DNA of 32,000 nt from Caedibacter taeniospiralis (GTDB taxonomy: Bacteria; Pseudomonadota; Gammaproteobacteria; Francisellales; Francisellaceae): the NCBI RefSeq assembly GCF_002803295.2, contig NZ_PGGB02000005.1:30059-62058 (forward strand). The letters are read 5' to 3'. Positions 7,964 to 17,406 of the stretch are shown piece by piece. A program made the position numbers and the translations under genes. How positions within the stretch are numbered: position 1 is the first letter of the stretch; every line of letters starts with the position of its first letter. A model generated the notes under the pieces. The model was given only the letters and a program-made list of their open reading frames with translations. It had not been told where the DNA came from and did not search any database.

Positions 7964-9066
7964 ATTATATCGAAGTTTTTCGTGATCCTAAGGTCGCAAA
8001 AAAACTGATTACTGAAATAAATAGAGTAGCTCGAAGTGATCGAAACTATCACCTTATGGAGTTTTGTGGTGGGCATACCCATGCCATTTATCGCTATGGT
8101 ATTACGGGGCTTTTGCCAAAAAACGTCAAAATGATTCATGGTCCAGGTTGTCCTGTGTGTGTCTTGCCAGTGGCACGAGTCGATCAGGCAATTTATCTGG
8201 CTGCTCAAAAAGAGGTAATATTTTGCAGCTATGCCGATATGTTACGCGTTCCTGGCACAAACCAGGATAGCCTACTTAAAGCAAAAGCCCGAGGTGCCGA
8301 TGTGCGTATGGTGTATTCAAGTGAAGATGCGTTAAAGCTTGCGACAATGAATCCAGAGAAAAGAGTGATTTTCTTTGCCATTGGATTTGAAACAACCACT
8401 CCCCCGACAGCAGTTGCACTGGATCAGGCTGTTAAACTCGGGTTAAAGAATTTTTATGTCTTTTGCAATCACGTGCTAACACCGATTGCCATGGAGGCTA
8501 TTTTATCCGATGAAGTTAAAATTGACGGTTTTGTTGGTCCCTCGCATGTCAGCATCATTATAGGCAGTAACGCCTACCACGATGTAGCAACGCGCTTTCA
8601 CAAACCTGTGGTGATCGCAGGGTTTGAACCTTTGGATGTATTACAATCCATTTTAATGTTGATACAGATGATTAATAACAACGAGGTTGGCGTTAAAAAC
8701 CAGTATACTCGAGCGGTAACCCAGAAAGGTAATACCCTGGCACAAGCGCTCATTGGCAAATATTTGGAGTTGCGCGATACGTTTGAATGGCGTGGCTTAG
8801 GTTTTATTCCCCAAAGTGCCCTAAAAATTAAAGCACAATATGCGTCATTTGATGCCGAAGTGGTTTTTGATATTCCAAAGATTAAAGGTGAGGAGCATAA
8901 ATCCTGCGCATGTCCTGATATTTTGCGTGGCGTTAAAGAGCCTAGAGACTGCAAATTGTTTGGTGTGGCATGTACTCCTGAACAGCCGATGGGGGCGTGT
9001 ATGGTATCCTCAGAAGGTGCTTGTGCGGCGCACTATCAATACCAATCGCAAGGAGAACGTGCATGA
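7960..9066 (+). CDS. hypD: Hydrogenase formation protein HypD
   Basis: Motifs EFCGGHTHAI, HGPGCPVCV and GFETTTPP, plus a C-terminal Cys cluster (CACPDILRG..C..C..C). Confidence 0.93.
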   Translation: MNYIEVFRDPKVAKKLITEINRVARSDRNYHLMEFCGGHTHAIYRYGITGLLPKNVKMIHGPGCPVCVLPVARVDQAIYLAAQKEVIFCSYADMLRVPGTNQDSLLKAKARGADVRMVYSSEDALKLATMNPEKRVIFFAIGFETTTPPTAVALDQAVKLGLKNFYVFCNHVLTPIAMEAILSDEVKIDGFVGPSHVSIIIGSNAYHDVATRFHKPVVIAGFEPLDVLQSILMLIQMINNNEVGVKNQYTRAVTQKGNTLAQALIGKYLELRDTFEWRGLGFIPQSALKIKAQYASFDAEVVFDIPKIKGEEHKSCACPDILRGVKEPRDCKLFGVACTPEQPMGACMVSSEGACAAHYQYQSQGERA

Positions 9067-10088
9067 GTGTTAAACTTAACTTTAATCACGGCGTTGTCGA
9101 TCTTTCAATGGGCGCAGGTGGCAAAGCGATGAATCGCCTGATTGACCAGCTGATGAAAAAAGCGTTTACCAATGAATACCTGTTGCAGGGAGAAGATCAG
9201 GCAGTTTTGCCGCATATTGATGGCAGAATAGCTATGACCACCGATAGTTACGTGATTACGCCTTACTTCTTTCCTGGAGGTGATATTGGCAGCTTAGCTA
9301 TCTGTGGCACGGTAAATGATCTGGCAGTGGGCGGTGCCACTCCTCGCTATCTTTCCGTTGGCTTTATTTTAGAGGAGGGCCTTGCGTTGAGTGATTTAAA
9401 ACAAATCGTGTATTCGATGGCAGATACCGCGGCAAAAGCCGATGTGATGCTGGTGGCAGGAGACACCAAAGTCGTCGAAAAAGGCAAGGGCGATGGTATT
9501 TTCATTAACACCACAGGCATTGGCGTTGTCAGGGAAAACTTTGTGACAAGAGAGGTCTTGACGGTAGGGGATTGCATTATCATCAATGGCGCTATCGCCG
9601 AGCATGGTGTGGCAGTGATGTCAAAGCGTGTGGGATTAAGCTTTGATTGTGACGTCAAAAGTGACGTTGCTCCCTTAAATGGCTTGATTGATCAGCTTTA
9701 TCAATCAGGATGCAGGCTTAAAACCATGCGCGATCCAACACGCGGTGGTGTTGCTGCAACCTTAAACGAATGGGCTAAGCAGTACCAGGTGGGGATTGAA
9801 ATTGATGAAAGTGCTTTAGTTATCGGTGAAGAGGTTCAATCTGCGTGTGAGTTGTTAGGGCTTGATCCTTTATTTATTGCCAATGAAGGAAAGGTGTTGA
9901 TCGTTTGTGAGGCTCCAGAAGCCCAGAAAGTTTTAGCTTGTCTGACGCAAGATGAGTCAGGTAAAAATGCGAGCATAATTGCAACAGTGAAAAAGGAAGG
10001 TGAGGCTTATGTCAATATGCAAACCACTTTTGGCGGTGTTCGTCGAGTGGATTGGTTAAGTGGCGAACAATTACCCCGAATTTGTTAA
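9063..10088 (+). CDS. hypE: Hydrogenase expression/formation protein HypE
   Basis: The ATG at 9063 overlaps the hypD stop (ATGA). The ORF-track start at 8997 is an in-frame extension inside hypD. It carries the MRDPTRGG motif and the C-terminal PRIC motif. Confidence 0.92.
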   Translation: MSVKLNFNHGVVDLSMGAGGKAMNRLIDQLMKKAFTNEYLLQGEDQAVLPHIDGRIAMTTDSYVITPYFFPGGDIGSLAICGTVNDLAVGGATPRYLSVGFILEEGLALSDLKQIVYSMADTAAKADVMLVAGDTKVVEKGKGDGIFINTTGIGVVRENFVTREVLTVGDCIIINGAIAEHGVAVMSKRVGLSFDCDVKSDVAPLNGLIDQLYQSGCRLKTMRDPTRGGVAATLNEWAKQYQVGIEIDESALVIGEEVQSACELLGLDPLFIANEGKVLIVCEAPEAQKVLACLTQDESGKNASIIATVKKEGEAYVNMQTTFGGVRRVDWLSGEQLPRIC

Positions 10089-10094
10089 AAATAA

Positions 10095-10285
10095 CTGGAG
10101 ATATAAACTTTTTAAAAACTACCCCGTCAGCCTCACGCGCAGAGCTTGTGGCGTTCAAAGCTAAAGAAGCAAAACTGTTTGCTTCTTTCGGGCGCTTTTC
10201 ACCCCCTTCACTTGTGAAGGGGAATTAAGCCCGTCAGCTTTGCTGCCTGCGAGGCGGGGTAGTTAGGTAAAACCACGTACCTCAA
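10095..10285 (-). repeat. MITE-like modular repeat, copy E (degenerate ends; module M plus H2 only)
   Basis: The left end is ctggagatataaACTTTTtaaaaACTACCCCGtcagc, followed by module M (near-identical to copy C) and CCCCTTCACTTGTGAAGGGG. The right end is gcgaggCGGGGTAGTtaggtaaaaccacgtacctcaac. It fills almost the whole hypE to hydrogenase spacer. Confidence 0.75.
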
Positions 10286-10298
10286 CATAGGAGGAAAA

Positions 10299-11405
10299 AT
10301 GAGTCAGTTTTATTTTTTACCTCATGCTCGATTGGATGATTTAATCCGTCATCTAAAGCGTGATGGTTATACGGTGAAAGCACCCATGGTCAGTGAAAAT
10401 GCGATCGTGTACGACGATATTGACAGTGCATCTGAATTACCTTGGGGGTATGTTGATGAGCAAAAACCTGCGCATTACCGCGTGGCAAAAACAAAAGAGA
10501 ACAAGGCGTTTGCCTGGAGTCTTCCTGTGCAGTCGATAAAGCCGATGCTGTTTGAAGAGAAAGAAGCTCTGTGGCAGGTTACACGCGATCAAAATGGCAA
10601 GCTCAAGTTTGAGCAATGTTTAAACACGCAAAAATATGCGGTATTGGGTGTAAGACCCTGCGATTTACGTGCGATCGAGATTCAGGATCGCGTGTTTATT
10701 GAAAATGCCTATCAAGACGTACGCTATAAGGCGAGACGCGAACAGATGTTTATTATCGCGGCAAATTGCACCACTTGTCATAGCAACTGTTTTTGTATCA
10801 GTATGGGCGATGGTCCATATGCGGATAAAGGCTATGACTGGGCAATCACAGAGATTGATGGAGGCTTTGTTGTCGAATCAGGAAGTGATAAAGGAAGAGG
10901 GCTGATCGAATCCTTGCAGTTAGAGCCTGCTACGGGGGCAAAAACGCATAGTGCTGAAAGTGCGGTAAAAAGCGTGTATGTGGTACAAAAGAAAAAAATT
11001 CCGCCTTTAGCCAAGGTTGAAAAAGCCTTATTTTCTCAACCTGATCACCCACAGTGGGACGATGTAGCAAAGCGTTGCCTATCCTGTGGCAGCTGCACGC
11101 AGGCTTGTCCTACCTGTTTTTGTCACACGGAAAGAGAAAACCCCGATTTGGAAGGTGATAAGAGCACGCATACGCGTGAATGGGATTCCTGTTTTAGCCT
11201 GGATCATAGTTACACCCATGGTGAGCTTTATCGCGATAAGCCCAAGTATCGCTATCGACAATGGCTGACACACAAGTTTTCAACCTGGCGTGAGCAGTTT
11301 AGAACAAAAGGTTGTGTTGGCTGTGGTCGCTGTATTACCTGGTGTCCTGTCGGCATTGATGTGACTGACGAGATCAATATAATTTGTCAGGAGAAAAAAG
11401 CATGA
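10299..11405 (+). CDS. 4Fe-4S dicluster protein; beta subunit of a group 3b-type [NiFe]-hydrogenase (sulfhydrogenase HydB/HyhB-like, AsrA-like)
   Basis: Cys motifs [26 protein letters not shown] and [20 protein letters not shown] lies upstream. It is the first gene of a translationally coupled four-gene set ending in a NiFe large subunit. Confidence 0.8.
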   Translation: MSQFYFLPHARLDDLIRHLKRDGYTVKAPMVSENAIVYDDIDSASELPWGYVDEQKPAHYRVAKTKENKAFAWSLPVQSIKPMLFEEKEALWQVTRDQNGKLKFEQCLNTQKYAVLGVRPCDLRAIEIQDRVFIENAYQDVRYKARREQMFIIAANCTTCHSNCFCISMGDGPYADKGYDWAITEIDGGFVVESGSDKGRGLIESLQLEPATGAKTHSAESAVKSVYVVQKKKIPPLAKVEKALFSQPDHPQWDDVAKRCLSCGSCTQACPTCFCHTERENPDLEGDKSTHTREWDSCFSLDHSYTHGELYRDKPKYRYRQWLTHKFSTWREQFRTKGCVGCGRCITWCPVGIDVTDEINIICQEKKA

Positions 11406-12253
11406 TTTATCCACAAGATCCTTATCTGCCTCATGAGGCGGAGATTGTTGAGTTTATTGAAGATGCGCCTGATATTTTCACCATACGCTTACGCTTAACC
11501 GATGAAATATTGCGTAAAGCTTATCGTTTTCAACCAGGTCAATTTAATATGATTTATCTTTATGGTGTTGGTGAGGTAGCGATTTCAATTGTCAATGATC
11601 GCAAGTTTGACGAGGAGGTGTTTGAGCATACTATTCAGGTGGTAGGACGCGTGACAAAAGGCATGCACCAATTAAAAAAAGGGCAGACAGTGGGTATTCG
11701 TGGACCTTTTGGCAGCAGCTGGCCAGTTGAAGAAGCTCGCGGCAAAGATGTCGTTATTATGACAGGAGGTCTGGGTAATGCGCCCTTGGTTGCGGCAACT
11801 GAGACCATGCTTAAAAATCGTGAAGCGTATGGGCGAATCTATGTTGTGCAAGGCGTGCGTCACAGCAGGGGTCTTATTTATCAGGATAAATATACCCGTT
11901 GGAACAATGTGCCAGATACCAAAGTAATTATTACGGCGACAGAAGGTGAGTCCTTTGGTCCGTGGAAGTGGTATCAGGGTTTTGTTACTGAAGCGGTAAA
12001 AGATTTAGTGCTTGATTATCAGAATACCTATGTGATGAGTGTGGGTCCTGAAATTATGATGAAAAATGTGGCTCGTCGCTTTATTGATATTGGCGTGCCT
12101 GAGCATCAGATTTTTGTGTCCCTTGAGCGCAGCATGAAGTGTGCTATTGGGCATTGTGGACATTGTCAAATGGGTAAAGAGTTTATCTGTAAAGATGGCG
12201 CCGTCTACGCCTATCCTCAAGTTGAAAAATTGTTAGACATTAAGGGGGTGTAA
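11402..12253 (+). CDS. FAD/NAD(P)-binding oxidoreductase; gamma subunit of a group 3b-type hydrogenase (HydG/HyhG, AsrB/PyrK-like)
   Basis: The ATG at 11402 overlaps the upstream stop (ATGA). It has a ferredoxin-reductase-like layout (RFQPGQF, GGLGNAP) and a C-terminal [2Fe-2S]-type motif CAIGHCGHCQMGKEFIC. Confidence 0.8.
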   Translation: MIYPQDPYLPHEAEIVEFIEDAPDIFTIRLRLTDEILRKAYRFQPGQFNMIYLYGVGEVAISIVNDRKFDEEVFEHTIQVVGRVTKGMHQLKKGQTVGIRGPFGSSWPVEEARGKDVVIMTGGLGNAPLVAATETMLKNREAYGRIYVVQGVRHSRGLIYQDKYTRWNNVPDTKVIITATEGESFGPWKWYQGFVTEAVKDLVLDYQNTYVMSVGPEIMMKNVARRFIDIGVPEHQIFVSLERSMKCAIGHCGHCQMGKEFICKDGAVYAYPQVEKLLDIKGV

Positions 12254-12254
12254 G

Positions 12255-13076
12255 ATGTCGTCTGTAGCCAAATTAAAAAGCTTAAAAAAACTGCCAAATA
12301 AGCCAACATTAGCCGTTCACAAATTTAGTTCGTGTGATGGCTGCCAGCTTGCGTTTATCAATGACGGTGTAAGACTTCTTAAACTTTCTACACTCGTCGA
12401 TATTAAACATTTCGCCGAAGCAGGTCCTGTGGAGGAGGATTGTAAAGTCGATGTTGCGATTATTGAGGGGAGTATTAACACAAAGCATGACGCTCGTCGG
12501 ATAGAGAAAATTCGCCAAAACAGCAAATACTTAATTGCCATGGGGGCATGTGCGACAACTGGAGGTATTCAAGGCTTAAGAAATAACATCAATCGTCAGC
12601 AATTTGAAGACTGGATGAAAGATGTATATCCACAGCATACTGATGTGATTGATCAAATGGAGCTAGACACCGCGAAGTCGATTGGAGACTATGTTGAGGT
12701 TGATTTTGAAATAAGAGGCTGTCCCGTCAGTTCTGATCAAGTGTATCACGCAGTGCGCCAATTGCTGTTTAAAGTAGAACCTGAAAAAATTGCAGATCCC
12801 GTGTGTACCTCCTGTAAACACCGAGGCATCACCTGTGTCATGGTGGCTTTTAATGAACCTTGTCTGGGTCCTGTTACGGCAAACGGATGTGATGCACTCT
12901 GTCCACATATTAACCGTGGCTGTTACGGATGTTATGGCGCATCAAGCTATGCCAATTTTGATGCAATGACTGAAAAATTAAAATCAATGGGATTAAGTGA
13001 GAAAGAAATCGCGCGCAAGTATCATTTTATTAATAATCAGCAAAAAGGTTTCAAAGAAGCAGGAGATAAGGCATGA
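12255..13076 (+). CDS. [NiFe]-hydrogenase small (delta) subunit, NuoB-like
   Basis: Motifs SSCDGCQ, GACATTGGIQ and RGCP, plus a C-terminal Cys-rich region (CTSC..C..C..C..C..C). SD AAGGGGG lies upstream. Confidence 0.82.
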   Translation: MSSVAKLKSLKKLPNKPTLAVHKFSSCDGCQLAFINDGVRLLKLSTLVDIKHFAEAGPVEEDCKVDVAIIEGSINTKHDARRIEKIRQNSKYLIAMGACATTGGIQGLRNNINRQQFEDWMKDVYPQHTDVIDQMELDTAKSIGDYVEVDFEIRGCPVSSDQVYHAVRQLLFKVEPEKIADPVCTSCKHRGITCVMVAFNEPCLGPVTANGCDALCPHINRGCYGCYGASSYANFDAMTEKLKSMGLSEKEIARKYHFINNQQKGFKEAGDKA

Positions 13077-14380
13077 GTGATAATGTGAAAACAACCAGAA
13101 TAGAAGTCCCTATTTTGGCTCGTGTTGAGGGAGAAGGCGCGCTCGATTTAGAAATTACTGATCATAAGATTACCAGGTGTCACGTGCGTATCTATGAACC
13201 GCCTCGCTATTTTGAGAAGTTCTTAGAGGGGCGTGAACCCAATGAGATTATCGATGCCGTGGCACGCATTTGTGGTATTTGTCCCATGGCGTATCAGATG
13301 AGTGTGGTAACCTTAATGGAGAAAGCCTTTGGCGTTACCGTCACCCCTTGGGTGCATCAGATGCGTCGGGTAATGTATTTAGGCGAGTGGATTGAATCCC
13401 ATTATTTACATACTCATATTTTGGCAGCGCCTGACTTTTTGAAATATCATTCAGCTATTGAAATGGCGAAAGATTTTCCCACTGAAGTCAAGCGTGGGGT
13501 GAAGTTGCAGCATTTGGGCAATGATATTCTATCCCTTTTTGGGGGCAGATCGGTTCACCCTGGCGCAATTAAAGTCGGAGGTTTTTATCGTGCGCCAAAA
13601 CCCAAGGAAATTAAGTCATTGATTCCGCGTTTACAAGAGGCATTAAACGATGCCAAAGAGGTGGTGATGTGGTTTGCCAAGCTGCCTTATCCTGATGTGT
13701 ATTTTGATGAGATTTTACAGGTTTCGCTCATGGATAAATCAGGGCAATATCCCGTGATTGCGGAACATGTGGTTACCAATAGAGGAGAGTGCTTCCCCAT
13801 TGAAGAATGGGATCACTATTTTTATGAGTTTCATGCGCCACAATCGACAGCCCTACATTCAACGTGTGATGGTAAACCTTATATCACAACCCCTTTAACA
13901 CGACTTAATTTAAACTTTGATAAGCTGCCAAAAAACGTGAGGGATCTGGCAAACAGCACGGGAATTTTATTCCCAAGTAATAATATTTTCCATAGCATTT
14001 TGGCGCGATCGATTGAGTGCTATTATGCGTTTGGTGAGATCTTACGCATCCTGGAAAACTATGAATATTCTGATAAGCCTTATGTTGATGTGAGCTTTAA
14101 AGCAGGTAAAGCCTGGGGTGCAACAGAAGCCCCTCGCGGTATTCAGATTGATTACTTTGAGTTTGATGATAAAGGGCTTGCGACAAAAATTCGCATCACG
14201 CCACCAACGGCGCAGAATCTCGCGTGTATGGAGGCGGACCTTAAGCAGTCATTGACAAAGTTTGGTTTAGATAAATCAGATGATGAATTAAGGCAGCACG
14301 CGGAAATGGTGATCCGTAATTATGATCCATGTATTTCCTGCTCAGCGCACTTTTTAACTTTAAACCTTAAACGACATTAA
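13073..14380 (+). CDS. [NiFe]-hydrogenase large (alpha) subunit, group 3-type
   Basis: N-terminal ligand motif RICGICP (RxCGxC) and C-terminal DPCISCSAH (DPCxxCxxH), followed by a 9-aa extension FLTLNLKRH. The product is 435 aa. Its start overlaps the small-subunit stop (ATGA). Confidence 0.92.
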   Translation: MSDNVKTTRIEVPILARVEGEGALDLEITDHKITRCHVRIYEPPRYFEKFLEGREPNEIIDAVARICGICPMAYQMSVVTLMEKAFGVTVTPWVHQMRRVMYLGEWIESHYLHTHILAAPDFLKYHSAIEMAKDFPTEVKRGVKLQHLGNDILSLFGGRSVHPGAIKVGGFYRAPKPKEIKSLIPRLQEALNDAKEVVMWFAKLPYPDVYFDEILQVSLMDKSGQYPVIAEHVVTNRGECFPIEEWDHYFYEFHAPQSTALHSTCDGKPYITTPLTRLNLNFDKLPKNVRDLANSTGILFPSNNIFHSILARSIECYYAFGEILRILENYEYSDKPYVDVSFKAGKAWGATEAPRGIQIDYFEFDDKGLATKIRITPPTAQNLACMEADLKQSLTKFGLDKSDDELRQHAEMVIRNYDPCISCSAHFLTLNLKRH

Positions 14381-14382
14381 AA

Positions 14383-14410
14383 CTGGGGTAGTCCAGCAAA
14401 AGTGTGGAAC
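14383..14410 (-). repeat. Remnant (about 28 bp) of the MITE-like repeat, copy F
   Basis: ctGGGGTAGTcCAGCAAAAGTgtggaac matches the End-1 terminus (GGGGTAGT-N-CAGCAAAAGT). It begins 2 nt after the large-subunit TAA. Confidence 0.6.
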
Positions 14411-14431
14411 GAAAGTAAGGAGGAAATATCA

Positions 14432-15361
14432 ATGTATCAAAAGTTTTTTCGTCATTTTATCGCTATAAGCCTGATCGTATGGACAATTTTTGCGCTACTT
14501 TTTTACCAGCATTTAAATCTGTTAGCCATCGTATTTATTGCTTTTATGCTGGGACTTCGCCATGGCTTTGATGTTGATCATATCGTTGCCATTGATAATG
14601 TAACAAGGCAACTTGCAGCAAGCGGTAAACCAAGTGTCACCACGGGATTGTTTTTTGCCTTGGGTCATTCAAGTATTGTATTTTTATTGACTCTATTGGT
14701 GATTTTGGGCGTAAGTCTCACTAAAGCGGAAGATTTAGGAATCATAGGCATAGGTGCAATGATTGGCAGCATCGTGTCGATCGTATTTTTGTGGCTGACA
14801 GGGGGCATGAATCTTATCTCACTGTATCGCTTAGTGAAATATCAGCAAAACAAACATGCCCACTCGCCCTTAACACGTTGGTTTAAGCCACTTTTTACGC
14901 TCGTTGATAAGCCTTATAAGATGTATCCTGTGGGCTTTTTGTTTGGACTTGGATTTGACACTGCGACTGAAATTGCTCTTTTGGGACTTGCGGCCACAGC
15001 ATCATTAAGTGGAGAGTCTATCTGGCTTATTCTCTCATTACCAATTGCATTTGCACTGGGCATGACCTGGGTTGATTCCTTAGATGCGCTGTTGATGACG
15101 AGACTCATTAGTAGTCAAAACGTCAATGATCAGCTGTTTAGGCGTTATAATATTGCAATATTATTGATTGTGATTACAGCGTCCTTCGCGGTGGGGCTGA
15201 TTCAACTACTTGGGCTGATCGAACGTGACATAGAAGGTGTTGTTAGCTTTATCGGGGATCATTCACCATGGTTTGGCGCAGGTCTTGTGCTTATCATGCT
15301 GGTTGTATTTGTCAGCATGATTTTGAAAAAAAGGGTACTGATGAACCGTCAAAAAATTTAA
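14432..15361 (+). CDS. hoxN: Nickel/cobalt permease, NiCoT family (HoxN/HupN/NixA)
   Basis: NiCoT signatures LRHGFDVDHIVAIDN (HX4DH), LGHSSIVF and GLGFDTATEIALL, with multiple hydrophobic spans. The ATG at 14432 is preceded by AAGGAGG. The ORF-track GTG at 14402 is an extension. Confidence 0.88.
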   Translation: MYQKFFRHFIAISLIVWTIFALLFYQHLNLLAIVFIAFMLGLRHGFDVDHIVAIDNVTRQLAASGKPSVTTGLFFALGHSSIVFLLTLLVILGVSLTKAEDLGIIGIGAMIGSIVSIVFLWLTGGMNLISLYRLVKYQQNKHAHSPLTRWFKPLFTLVDKPYKMYPVGFLFGLGFDTATEIALLGLAATASLSGESIWLILSLPIAFALGMTWVDSLDALLMTRLISSQNVNDQLFRRYNIAILLIVITASFAVGLIQLLGLIERDIEGVVSFIGDHSPWFGAGLVLIMLVVFVSMILKKRVLMNRQKI

Positions 15362-15409
15362 CGCCAAAATTCAAACAATACCATATCCACCCTGTATGCT
15401 GAGCAAAGG

Positions 15410-15700
15410 CTAAATAAACGCAGCATATGCTTCTGCATGCTTCACAGGGGAAAAACTGTGATAACTATAGGTAGCAACATTTTCCACTAAAAAGGGATCT
15501 TCCTGAAGTAAAGCTTTGATTACATCCAACTCACCTGAGGCTAAAATAACACCACCATTGCGTGCACTATTGGGACCTGATGCAATAAATAGCCCTTGGG
15601 CGTACCCGCGATCAAGAAACTCGCGATGTTTAGGTCGAATCAGATCAATCATTTCTGAGCTTGCGGTGTAGCTGATAGTAATAATATGCGTTGGTTTCAT
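15410..15700 (-). CDS. YciI-like family protein
   Basis: 96 aa. The pattern RPKHREFL..G..IASGP..GGVILA..LLQEDPF...Y..H.F.P matches the YciI-like small alpha/beta family as I remember the E. coli YciI layout. Confidence 0.65.
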   Translation of the reverse strand: MKPTHIITISYTASSEMIDLIRPKHREFLDRGYAQGLFIASGPNSARNGGVILASGELDVIKALLQEDPFLVENVATYSYHSFSPVKHAEAYAAFI

Positions 15701-15833
15701 TCGTTTGCCTTGTACTAAGTGGTTGTGAGGCTAATTTTGTCATAGCTTACAGGCTGTTTGTACTTTTTTTTCAAGATTTTCCTGCGTAGAATGGACTCAG
15801 CAATTTTGCGAAACTGTGGTGAAGATAACATTC

Positions 15834-17168
15834 ATGAAGTATTTTGATTTGAAAGCGCTAAAAAAAGATAAAATTTTCACTGAATCCCGTAAGCTTATGT
15901 CTTTTTCACTGTGGCGAAGGCGCTTACTTTTCTGGGGAGGTGCTATTTTAGTTGGGCTTATTTGTGTGTTATTTGCCTATCTTTGCGATAATTTGAATGA
16001 CAGCTTTAGCGAATTAAGCCAGAAGCATCCTCATTGGCCATTGTTCATTATGCCCATTGGCTTTATGGTCATCATATATTTGCTTAAAACCTACTTTGAT
16101 GGCGCTGAAGGCAGTGGGATACCACAGGTGATGGCTGCTTTGAAAGTCAAGAATATGCACAGGCGCAGCAAACTGGTTTCAATGCGTATTGCCCTAGGCA
16201 AATTTATGCTAACGGCTTTGGGTTTCTTAAGTGGTGCATCCATTGGGCGCGAGGGTCCTACCATTCAGCTAAGCGCCTCAGTCATGCACTTTTTAGGGCG
16301 CATGGAGAAGTTTAATCGCGAGGACACCGAAAAAGGTCTGCTCTTGGCAGGGGGGGCTGCAGGGATTGCCGCAGCTTTTAATGCACCGTTGGCGGGGGTG
16401 GTATTTGCAATTGAGGAATTAGCGGGCTCGTTTGATAAAGGCATTACAGGGACAATGATTACCACAGTAGTATTGTGCGGATTTGTGTCATTAGAGATTA
16501 TGGGAAATTATGCCTACTTTGGTGCAAGCTCTGCCACTTTAGATATTTTAGGTTGGGGTGGGTTTGTGTTAATTGTCGTTGCCATTGCGTGCGGATTTTT
16601 AGGGGGAGTATTCAGTCGTTTGTTATTGGTAATCTCTGCTGCGGTTGCCAGGATTATTGGCAAACACCCTGTGCTCTTTGCGGGTGGTATTGGTTTTGTG
16701 ATTGCTGTAATTGGTGTGCTTACCGGCGGGATTATTTATGGCAGTGGTAAAGAGACTGCTGTAGCACTGTTAAATGGGCATGAGGTGGAGGTTTCTGTTT
16801 TCTTTGGTTTATGGAAAATGATAGCAACCCTGCTATCGTTTATCAGTGGCATTCCAGGTGGGATCTTCGCCCCGTCGTTATCTGCAGGTGCGGGATTTGG
16901 TCATATGATGAGTTTTTTCTTTGAAGATCAATATGCCAGTGCGGTGGTTTTGGTTGGTACAGTTGCCTATTTTTCAGGCGTTGTTCAAAGTCCAATTACC
17001 TGCTTTATCATTGTGTCTGAAATGACCCAAAATGTCTCAACAGGCATGCTGCTACCCATTATGCTCGCGGCACTGTTAGGCACAGCAGCTTCAAGAGTGA
17101 TATGCAAAGAGCCCGTATATCATGCGTTGTCATTGCGTTACTTGGAGAAACTGCGCTCGAACAGTTAA
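15834..17168 (+). CDS. ClC-family voltage-gated chloride channel/Cl-:H+ antiporter
   Basis: ClC selectivity-filter motifs GSGIPQ, GREGPTIQ and GIFAPSL, and the protein is polytopic and hydrophobic. The start is uncertain: ATG 15834 versus GTG 15816 in the ORF track. Confidence 0.88.
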   Translation: MKYFDLKALKKDKIFTESRKLMSFSLWRRRLLFWGGAILVGLICVLFAYLCDNLNDSFSELSQKHPHWPLFIMPIGFMVIIYLLKTYFDGAEGSGIPQVMAALKVKNMHRRSKLVSMRIALGKFMLTALGFLSGASIGREGPTIQLSASVMHFLGRMEKFNREDTEKGLLLAGGAAGIAAAFNAPLAGVVFAIEELAGSFDKGITGTMITTVVLCGFVSLEIMGNYAYFGASSATLDILGWGGFVLIVVAIACGFLGGVFSRLLLVISAAVARIIGKHPVLFAGGIGFVIAVIGVLTGGIIYGSGKETAVALLNGHEVEVSVFFGLWKMIATLLSFISGIPGGIFAPSLSAGAGFGHMMSFFFEDQYASAVVLVGTVAYFSGVVQSPITCFIIVSEMTQNVSTGMLLPIMLAALLGTAASRVICKEPVYHALSLRYLEKLRSNS

Positions 17169-17297
17169 AAACCTGATTACGTCTGAAGCTTCTAAAACTT
17201 TCCATGCGCACTGAGAACTTGAGGCGTATGGGTGAGCTCAGAGTTTTTGGAATAAACCAGGGGCTGTGAGTACTAAAGTGCCACAATAAATTTTGGT

Positions 17298-17333
17298 TTT
17301 TAAAACAGATGAGCGCGTAGCACTGTTTTAAAA
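17298..17333. terminator. Possible bidirectional terminator hairpin between convergent clc and dnaB
   Basis: TTTTAAAACAG-N14-CTGTTTTAAAA is a perfect 11-bp stem flanked by T/A runs on both sides. The stem is AT-rich, so the call is only moderate. Confidence 0.4.
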
Positions 17334-17406
17334 GCGTTAAAAAATTTGTGACCCTCACCTTGTCATATCGAAAGGGTACGTTTAAGCATGTCATAAAATA
17401 TACACT

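Noticed and set aside
13073-14380. A selenocysteine-containing [NiFeSe] large subunit or a recoded TGA.
   Set aside because: All four ligand positions are ordinary Cys codons (RICGICP, DPCISC). There is no in-frame TGA, and no selenocysteine insertion (SECIS) hairpin is needed.
15701-15833. A fluoride (crcB-motif) riboswitch upstream of the ClC gene, which would mark a ClC-F fluoride exporter.
   Set aside because: I found no match to the conserved riboswitch core in the leader. The protein also has canonical chloride-type GSGIPQ/GREGP/GIFAP filter motifs, not the ClC-F variants.
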